This document shows, piece after piece, positions 1-7,979 of a stretch of 10,980 bases of DNA. The position numbers and the translations under genes were made by a program. Origin of the DNA: Azolla caroliniana (Eukaryota > Plantae > Polypodiophyta); the NCBI GenBank assembly GCA_043228905.1, contig JBHGNT010001206.1:1-10980 (forward strand). Direction: 5' to 3'. Positions within the stretch are counted from its first letter, which is position 1. The number at the start of each line of letters is the position of its first letter. The notes beneath the pieces are model-generated. The model was not told the DNA's origin. It saw only the letters and a list, made by a program, of their open reading frames with translations, and ran no database searches.

Positions 1-2054
1 ACATCATTTCGTCAGAAGGCATCTCCATGGACCCAGCTAAGGTCAAAACGGTGGTAGAATGGCAAACTCCATGTTCGGTGCGGGATGTGCAATGCTTCTT
101 AGGCTTTGCCAATTTTTACCGGAAGTTCATGCAAGATTACTCAAAGATCGTTCTACCTCTCACACAACTTACCAGGAAGGGACAACCGTTCATTTGGTCT
201 GAAGAAACGGACATGGCTTTCGAGAGTCTTAAAAAGGCATTTACATCGGCTCCAATTCTAGCTCATGTCGATTCGGAAAAACCATTCATCATCGAAGCTG
301 ACGCATCGGATTTTGCATTGGGGAGCATTTTGTCACAACAGGGGAATGATGAGAGGCTACATCCTGTGGCTTTTCACTCACGCAAGTTTGACGCCACCGA
401 AATCAACTACGAAATTCATGATAAGGAGCTATTGGCAATAGTGGATTCTTTTATGCAATGGAGGCATTTTCTGGAGGGATCCTCTCATCCAGTCACCGTA
501 TTTAGTGACCACAAGAATCTTGCCTACTTTCAGGATGCTCGTGTGTTGAATCGACGTCAAGCTCGGTGGGCCCACTTCCTCATGCGTTTCGACTTCAAAA
601 TTACATATCGTCCGGGGAGACACCAAGGGAAGGAAGATGCATTATCCCGGCGTTCGTATCTAGCACCCCGTCCCGGCGAGCCAGCTTTCGATAACCAAAA
701 ACAAGTCATCTTGGGACCGGCACGACTACAAGCAACACAGATCTTTGACATGCCTATGGATTCCCGCGTTATCGATACCATACGTGAAGACTTGAAGACA
801 GATGCGTTCGCCCAAGCTATACTAGCACAAATTGATCCCTCTCTAGCGTCGTGTTCATAATCGCAACCACCAGGTACGGACTATCGGCAATTCAAATACC
901 ATGATGGATTACTCTTCTTTAAAGAACTTTTGTATGTTCCTAATGGTTCTTGCTGCCTTCGAGTAGTACAAAACTGTCATGACACATATACAACTGGGCA
1001 TTTTGGTAGTACTAAAACATTACATTTAGTACAACGAACATTCTAGTGGCCCTGTATGCGACAATTTGTCGAGGATTTTGTTTGGACTTGTGATACATGT
1101 TGCAGAGCGAAAAAGCCAAGGCATCATCCATATGGTTTATTAGAACCATTACCAATTCCAAGCAAGCCATGGCAATCCATTGCTCTAGACTTCATCACAG
1201 ATCTTCCAGTCTCTAAGGGGTTCAATGCGATTCTAACGGTGGTCGATCGATATACGAAGATGGCTCATTTCTTGCCATGTACGAAGGAGATCTCCAGTGA
1301 AGACACTGCCGAAATTGTCATGCGTGAAGTATGTCGGCATCATGGACTTCCCGATAGTATCATCAGCGACCGTGGACCGCAGTTCGTGTCAAAATTCTGG
1401 AAGCACCTTTTTAACATGCTCAAGGTCACTTGTAACCTCTCCTCCGGCTACCACCCACAAACTGACGGCCAAGCTGAACGAACAAATCAAACGTTGGAGC
1501 AGTATCTGCGGTGCTTTCTTAGCTATCATCAAGATGACTGGGCAAATATTCTCCACTTCGCCGAATTTGCCTATAACAACTCTATCCACGCATCCACTAA
1601 AGTTACGCCATTTTATGCTTATATGGGATGTCACCCCCGGTGGAGTGTACTTGAAACCCTAGAGGTGTCCACAAATCCGTGCGCGGAGGATCGTTTGGAG
1701 CAGTTACGCAAGATACAAGCGGATTTATCTACTCATCTCCAGCAAGCTCAACAAACACACAAGGTCTATGCGGATCGTCATCGACTTCCATCCAGTTTTA
1801 ATATTGGAGATCGGGTGTGGTTGCTATGACGACACACCAAGACTACTCGTCCATGTGAGAAGTTAGATTATCGGCGATTAGGTCCTTTCCGTATTATTGG
1901 ACAAATTAATGATGTCGCTTTTCGTCTCGATCTACCTCCTCAACTTCGGATACATCCGGTGTTTCATAGTTCTCTCCTCCAACCCTACCACGAGAGCACC
2001 ATCCCAAGATGTCTTATCCAACCTCCACCCCCGATCGAGCTTGAAGATGGGCCG

Positions 2055-2215
2055 GAGTACGAGGTTGCCGCCATCCTTGATTCCAAGATTGTTCGCAACA
2101 AGCTCTACTATCTAGTCGATTGGCTAGGCTATACCCCAACGAACGTACTTGGGAACCGATCGAGAATGTGACCAATGCTCGTGCTCTTCTTGAAGACTTT
2201 CATCGTCAATATCCA
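2055..2215 (+). other. Integrase C-terminal chromodomain (frameshifted)
   Basis: [26 protein letters not shown](TP/fs)ERTWEP; aromatic residues Y (2058), W (2121) and Y (2130) are retained. Confidence 0.9.
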
Positions 2216-2263
2216 CACAAACCAGGTCCTCAATCCAAGACGACTCGTGACACTCGTCGTTTT

Positions 2264-2276
2264 AAAGGGGGGATAG
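2264..2276 (+). other. Polypurine tract of the chromovirus
   Basis: AAAGGGGGGATAG lies immediately before the TG that starts the LTR. Confidence 0.9.
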
Positions 2277-2406
2277 TGTCATGATATGGCAAGACTCGAA
2301 CCCATGACCTTAGGTTATATGGGTTGAGCTCTGGACCATTAGATCATTTATTGTAATACGTAGGATATTATTTTCATTTACATTTTATTATAGGAAATTA
2401 GTGTAT

Positions 2407-2468
2407 ATTCCAGATTTCTCTGGAACATTCTAGAAGCTTTAGGATTACTCCTGAAAACACTATAAAAG
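2407..2468 (+). promoter_or_regulatory. LTR promoter: heat-shock-element array plus TATA box
   Basis: A perfect core GAAcaTTCtaGAA (2423-2435) sits within ten 5-bp-phased units (2408-2455), followed by TATAAAAG at 2461-2468. Confidence 0.7.
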
Positions 2469-2571
2469 AGGGCACTAGGCATTATGTTGAACCAAATTGG
2501 TTCAACGCCAGTCTTAAGCCTTTTAGCCACCATTGTATATTCTCTTCATATAATACATATCTTTCTTATCA

Positions 2572-2600
2572 TCTCTCTCTCTCTCTCTCTCTTTCTCTCT
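2572..2600 (+). repeat. (CT)n microsatellite / pyrimidine tract in the LTR
   Basis: tctctctctctctctctctctttctctct read directly. Confidence 0.95.
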
Positions 2601-2704
2601 GTCTCGCTCACTTCTTCCTTCTCTCGAAGAAGTTCCATACCTCTCATAGTACTAATCCTTCGTTTAGTACTAATTCCTTCTCTGTCTCAGTACTGTTCAT
2701 GACA

Positions 2705-4492
2705 ACACTCGATGAACCGACCGGTGACGGTGAGGAGACAAAACCGGCTGAAGAAGGAATAGGTGAAACCGAAACTGGACAAGACCCCGAATCGAATTCA
2801 GATGAAAAGCAAATGGAGGAGCCAGTTACCGAAGCCCAAGGACAAAGATATCCTCTCAGAGAGAGAAGGGCCCCTCGAAGACTTTCGGATCCACAGCACG
2901 TGTTGCTAACCGATGAGGGGGAGCCAGAAAGCTTCGAGGAAGCAAAAAGTGACACCCATAGCCACAAATCGTTAAGTGTCATGGAGGATGAGATGGATTC
3001 CCTGTATGAGAACCATACGTATGAATTGGTGGAGTTGCCGAAAGGAAAGCGGGCACTCTGAAACAAGTGGGTGTACAAGTTGAAACCGGGAGATGCCGGA
3101 AACCCCCCGAGATACAAAGCCAGGATCGTGGTGAAGGGGTTCCAGCATAAGAAGGGCATGGACTTCGATGAGATATTTGCCCCGGTAGTAAAGATGACTT
3201 CCATCCGGACGGTGCTGAGTATAGCGGCAAGCATGGACCTCGAGGTAGAGAAACTGGACGTGAATACGACATTCCTTCATGGTGACCTCGAAGAGGAGAT
3301 CTACATGCAGCAACCGGAAGGATTCGTGGAGAAAGGGAAGGAGCACCTGGTTTGCTGGTTGAAGAAGAGCCTGTACGGACTGAAGCAGGCTCCCCGACAA
3401 TGGTACTGGAAGTTCGACTCCTTCATGACCGACCAAGGATATCACAAAATGCAAACCAATCACTGCGTGTTTGTGAAGAAGTTCGAAGGAGGCGACTTCC
3501 TGATACTCCTTCTATACGCGGACGACATGTTGATCGTTGGACGAGACCAAGCCAAAATATGGATGCTGAAGAAGGCTCTCAACCGAACTTTCTCAATGAA
3601 AGACTTGGGCCCGGCAAGGCAGATACTGGGGATGCACATCATCCGGGACCGGTCAAAGAAGCAATTGTGGTTGTCACAGGAGAAATACGTGACAAAGGTG
3701 CTTCAGCGGTTCAACATGTTAGAAGCGAAACCGGTCGGATCAACACTCTCGGCAAACTGCAAATTATCCGGTAAGGAAATCCCGAAGACAAAAGCAGAGA
3801 AGGCGGATATGATGAAGGTTCCATATGCCTCTACCGTCGGTAGTTTAATGTATGCAATGGTGTGTACTCGACCGGATATTGGATACACAGTCGGAGTGGT
3901 GAGCCGGTTTATGAGCAATCCCGGCAAGGAGCACTGGAACGCGGTCAAATGGATACTCTGGTACTTGAAAGGCACTTTGAATATGTGTCTCGGATTCGGC
4001 TCCGATAAACCTCAACTTGAAGGTTTTACCAATTCGGATATGTCGGCTGATGTGGATACTAGCCGGTCTACATCCGAGTATTTAATGACATATGCAGGGG
4101 GAGCTGTTTCATGGCAGTCGAGGCTACAGAAGACGGTTGCGTTGTTAACCACGGAGGTGGAGTACATGGTGGCTATTGAAGCCGACAAGGAAATATTATG
4201 GATGAAGGACTTCATCGGAGAGCTCGATATCCGGTAAGATGAATACCGGCTCTATTGCGACAGTCAAAGTGCCATCCACCTTGCTAAGAACGCATCGTAC
4301 CATTCCAGGACGAAGCACATCCAGCGCAGGTATCACTGGATCCGGGAGCGAGTAGAAGATCGAGAGTTCGCGCTGACGAAGATCCATACGGTTGAGAATG
4401 GAGCAGATATGTTGACCAAAGTATTGATACCCGACAAGTTGGATCCATGTCGGAAGTAGATCGGACTAGTAAGATATCCCATGCCGGAGTGA
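2705..4492 (+). pseudogene. pol: Disrupted copia pol (linker, RT, RNase H)
   Basis: One frame reads EPESFEEA, EMDSLYENHTYELV, YKARIVVKGF, FAPVVK, LDVNTTFLHG, LKKSLYGLKQAPRQW, LLYADDML, MKDLG, CDSQSAIHLAKN and ADMLTK. Stops are at 3059-3061, 4235-4237 and 4457-4459, with a probable natural stop at 4490-4492. The first RNase H Asp reads as Asn (FTNSD). Confidence 0.95.
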
Positions 4493-4500
4493 AGGGGGAG
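4491..4500 (+). other. Polypurine tract of the copia element
   Basis: GAAGGGGGAG followed by TT and then TGTTAGG, the typical copia arrangement. Confidence 0.9.
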
Positions 4501-4502
4501 TT

Positions 4503-4970
4503 TGTTAGGAAACATGTCCCTCCGGATGGGAAGTGAGAAGAACTGTGTTGATGAGCAACTCGTGGAGATAGCCAACACGGAAGGCTAAGTTTGTAAATAG
4601 TCGAAAGGTTACATTAGTATATAAGCACTTAGGGCAATCATGTTAGATGTGCGCGTTATTAAAAGGTTATTGTTGACGAGGTTGTTGTCTCCGTAACTGT
4701 GAGAGTGAACGAGTGTGAGTGGGAGCGTGTGAGCTCCATAGCCGCATGTTGGTGAAGCAGGATCTCGAGGTCGTTGCATCTGAGATCTCTAATTGTATGT
4801 CTTTCTCCCATAGTGTTCTGTTTCAGAGTTTGTGAACTCCATGTGGTTTTTTCCCAGTTCGGGTTTCCACGTTAAAATCTATGTCATTCTCAGTTTCTGC
4901 ATTCTGTTTTTCCCTTTCCATTAGATTGACTATTATTCCGCACACGGAAAACCGGTTGTGGCCGGCAACG
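4503..4970 (+). repeat. 3' LTR of the copia element
   Basis: Starts TGTT after the PPT, has TATATAA at 4618-4624 and a T-rich U5-like region. It appears to end CAACG (one change from AACA), just where the minus-strand protease remnant begins. Confidence 0.7.
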
Positions 4971-5110
4971 ATCTGAACTTCAGAAAGGCACCCTTCAATG
5001 AATTATAAACATCAAATAAGAAAGCTTATTCAACATGATTTGTTGTGTCCACATGAATTCTTGATCCATTAAACATGAGTTGGTTCTTGAATCCAAGAGA
5101 CCATAAGGAA
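4971..5110 (-). pseudogene. Old gypsy aspartic-protease remnant; related gag/linker sequence may extend to about 5640
   Basis: The minus strand from 5099 reads LLDSRTNSCLMDQEF...NKL, then IEGC after a frameshift. This resembles the chromovirus protease pattern LLDSGA..CF(M/I)D..F...IDGR. Confidence 0.65.
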
Positions 5111-5779
5111 GACATTGATATCACCTACTTGTGTTGAGCTCATTTGTGCTACAAGAATTCTACAAACTAAATTTGAGGATTAGTATTACGAACCAACTTT
5201 ACACATCCTAGATTGTCCAACCAAATAGGGTTTGTTGGACTTAAGTATATAGGTCCCCTTCTATTTGATCCAAAACTTCAAATCTATTAAATTGAACAAG
5301 GTTCCTAGGACTCATTGGATTGGTAGATCGAATTGGAGAATGAGATTCGAAACTTTTACAAGCACACACTAGTTTACTTAATGCCTTGGTTTATATGGAT
5401 AAATCACAACTATAGGTATCATGCCAACACACTATAACATAAATGGTTTGCTGGAGGTAGCTACTTTTCAACTTCAGACCAAGGACCTTGACAACATGCC
5501 ACTTGGATCTCAATTGGATTGGGCTTTGTAGAAACTTGTAACCTTGTTGGAAAATCATGTTGGTGTTGTACTTGGCAACGTGGTTCCAACTAATCAAACT
5601 TGAGACAAGTGGTTGGATAATGAAAGGGATAAATTTGTGACTAAATGCATTTGATTGAAGTATCCTTAGAATTGAGTGTGAGCATGATTGACCTTTGTTG
5701 GAGATTTCTTATGGCTTCTTTGGCGGGCTTCGTCCTTTTAAACTTTGTTATTATAAGGATAATAAAGCGACATCCTATT

Positions 5780-6085
5780 TTATGTAACCCATGAATGTGG
5801 AATGTATATTTAAAAAATTTGCTACTTGCAGAGTAGTTTCTTTCTTCACTATGGGAATTAATTGTGACATTTTGATTGATATATCAACTACAACCAACAC
5901 TATGTTCCATTCACATTAAGTATGAGGTAGCCCCACAAAAACAAATCCATGAACACACTTTGATATTTCTTATCTAGAACAGGAAAAAGTTGCAACGATG
6001 TGGGATAACAAACTCTCTCATGCTTAGAGGTTCTTAGAGGTCTCACAAGGAATGCACCAAGACACATAGTCAAGCAAAATTTTCT
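5780..6085 (-). pseudogene. Old gypsy integrase remnant (zinc-finger CxxC and start of the catalytic core)
   Basis: Across frameshifts it reads DYVSWCIPCE, KHERVCYP, LQLFPVLDKKYQSVFMD, VLVVVDISIKMSQLIP, KKETTLQVANF and FHIHGL. This is collinear with the integrase at 1056-1350 (CDTC, LEPLPIPSKPWQSIALD, ILTVVDRYTKMAHFLP, RHHGL). Confidence 0.8.
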
Positions 6086-6421
6086 CAACATTGACATCAA
6101 TGTACCTCCTTATACCATGAACATAGTGTTCACATGTAGGCTAGAGTAGTTAATCAAGCAATTACATCACTAGGTTTTAATGACACATGCATAACGAAAT
6201 GGTGCCTCCCATGATGTAGAGAGAATTGATTCCCAGAATGTTGGTGGCCACCAAAGATTGACAAACATTGATAAGGAGTAGGCTTAAAGATGGTAGAGAC
6301 ACACACATAATTAGATTAATTTTTCTAGAAAACATATCCTTCCATTAGTTTTTAAAAGCATATCATCCACAAAATACAAAATAGATGGAAAGGAAGTGAC
6401 TATCCTTCCCAGCCCGTCTTG

Positions 6422-7010
6422 TGTAAGACATGATTTCAACATGTATGACCACGCCTTCATGTTAAGCCATGTGATCGGCACCCACCTTGAGGGATCTCAG
6501 CCCATCGAACACTTTATATGCATCTGATAAACTTCCACATGTTGCATACTGTTGAGACTCAAGCTCAACATAGTGCAATGTGTGAACACACTTTTTGAGA
6601 ATCAATGATTACTCAAAAGTCAAGAGTCACACCACTACTCTCCACACATTAACTATGTGTCATAGAATCATATTCTATGACACATAACTAATGAGTTACA
6701 TATTCCCCATGACTATGAGTCTTCACATTCCCCAAGAGAGAGTGGTTGTTGTAGCTAGTTAATGAAGAGAGAGGGTGACTATATATAAAGCACCCTCCTC
6801 ATACTTCATACTAAGTCGGTTGTGATTCCTTGTAATGCTACATTTTTGTATCTCTTACTTTACTTGTGAACATACATCTTCTTCTTGAGTATTCCTTTTT
6901 CTATCTATCTTGTGTTCTCTCTTCTCTCCTCTAATTCCTATCACACATACACACATAACACACATCTCTTCCGCAACCCACTACACAAGAATCATACCCA
7001 ATTCTTTACA
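6422..7010 (+). mobile_element. Isolated (solo-like) LTR, about 590 bp
   Basis: TGTAA...TTACA termini (extendable to TGTGTAA/TTACACA, 6420-7012), TATATATAAAG at 6780-6790, and a pyrimidine/CA-rich 3' part. No matching target-site duplication is visible. Confidence 0.65.
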
Positions 7011-7169
7011 CATATCAACTAGAGTGCCTCCAATGAGTATATCCAAGTTGATACCTAGCTAAGCGATGACAATATGGAGTTCTTTTCCTTCTTTTAAATC
7101 AAATGTGTTCAAACATAAAAATCACATCTTAAATACAAGATTTGAAGAACAATGACTGCATCCATCTCA

Positions 7170-7975
7170 TAAGAAGAAATGGAATTATGTTTTCAACCTA
7201 TCTTGAAATCAATGTCGTCCAAGAGACTATATTATGTAATGGAAGTCTTTTGAAGCCACTTCATTTCGTTGTATCCCCATGCTTTCTCATCTCTTTAAAT
7301 AGTTGAATTGCCTTGTTAGCATAGCCTAGAATCATGAAAGAACAAGATACCACATTTAACCTTCCACAATATACAGAACCATCATTAGTGTATGAGTTGA
7401 GGATGCATATTCCAAACCCTATTTTTAGATACAACTATGCATTTCTTATCCAGTTTCTACTACTCGAAAACTTCCACATGTTTTCAAGGCACAAACAATG
7501 TGATGACATTCAAAGATATAACTTCCGAATGCCTACGTAGGTGCCATATAAAAGCATCCTCCCCCCACCTGTTTTCAACCTATCTTGAAATCAGTGTTGT
7601 CTTGAGTGTCTCCGTAAGAAAGCCACATTTCATATACATATTCAGCAAGACAGTTCCAACAATCACATTACTTCCAAGTAATCCTTACTTTGTTATCACC
7701 ACATCCATTCCTTGGCCTTTGCTAACAACACATGCATGTCCACATTGGCCAATACATATCCTCTAATGAGTGAGGTCCAAAGCACCACATTTGAAAGCCA
7801 TGTGTAAAAATTTTATCATTTTCAGCTTTTAATGAGCTCATCCATTCTGACAAAATAGAAAAACTTCTTCCCTTTCTATACATATCCCATGGTGCCACGT
7901 GTGCTTTCAACAAACTAGAAAATAAGTCTTGAAGGTCTTTCTTCTTGGCCCAAGACTTGAGATTGCATAGAATCT
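7170..7975 (-). pseudogene. Degraded PLS-class pentatricopeptide repeat (PPR) pseudogene
   Basis: Minus-strand fragments read CNLKSWAKKKDL, AFKCGALD, LLGSNVIVGTVLLNMYMKCGFL (from 7681), TTLISR*VENRWGEDAF, IVCALKTCGSFRVVETG*EMH, NVVSCSFMILGYANKAIQLFKEMRKHG and FKRLPLHNIVSWTTLIS. These match S/P/L motif patterns (xLVxMYxKCG, NVVSWxxLIxGY, LKACxxxxxxxxGxxIH). Confidence 0.85.
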
Positions 7976-7979
7976 CAGT

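Larger units (their letters stand above)
3..2284 (+). pseudogene. pol: Disrupted gypsy pol polyprotein (RT C-terminus, RNase H, integrase, chromodomain)
   Basis: One frame from position 3 reads IISSEGISMDPAKV, FLGFANFYRKF, RNase H EADASDFALG / NYEIHDKELLAIV / FSDHKNL, integrase zinc finger HD..TGHFG...CDTC, DDE core ALDFITDLP / IISDRG / GQAERTNQ, and LGPF. In-frame stops are at 858-860, 1044-1046 and 1827-1829. A 1-nt frameshift near 2139 restores [10 protein letters not shown]...DFHRQYP, ending at TGA 2282-2284 inside the LTR. Confidence 0.95.
1..2704 (+). mobile_element. Ty3/gypsy LTR retrotransposon, chromovirus (Tcn1-like), 3' half including the 3' LTR; the 5' part lies upstream of the window
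   Basis: Domain order is RT end, RNase H, integrase, chromodomain, then PPT and an LTR with TGTCATGA...TCATGACA termini. The Tcn1 assignment is from motif resemblance only. Confidence 0.95.
2277..2704 (+). repeat. 3' LTR of the chromovirus (428 bp)
   Basis: Perfect 8-bp terminal inverted repeat TGTCATGA (2277-2284) / TCATGACA (2697-2704). It follows the PPT, contains a TATA box and a CT tract, and copia coding sequence resumes at 2705. Confidence 0.92.
2705..4970 (+). mobile_element. Ty1/copia LTR retrotransposon (Tnt1/Tork-like), 3' half; right end approximate
   Basis: Acidic IN-RT linker, copia RT, RNase H, PPT and a TG-starting LTR. Lineage is inferred from motifs such as SWQSRLQKTVAL and TKHIQRRYHWIRE. 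Confidence 0.92.

Noticed and set aside
2285-2353. Functional tRNA gene on the minus strand
   Set aside because: The acceptor stem does not pair and the T stem is weak, so it is kept only as a tRNA-like promoter module.
2647-2695. Repeated AGTACT-containing units (TAGTACTAATCCTTC / TAGTACTAATTCCTTC)
   Set aside because: This is a short local LTR duplication without regular spacers, not a CRISPR array.
2484-2702. 72-aa hydrophobic ORF
   Set aside because: It is a translation of the CT-rich LTR (SLSLSL), not a credible membrane protein.
429-4578. Antisense and alternate-frame ORFs over the two pol regions (e.g. 2644-3234, 2972-3463, 3352-3774, 1297-1662)
   Set aside because: They are shadow ORFs of retroelement coding sequence with no recognisable motifs.
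7334-7766. Plus-strand ORFs of 68 and 109 aa
   Set aside because: They are antisense to the PPR remnant and have no recognisable features.
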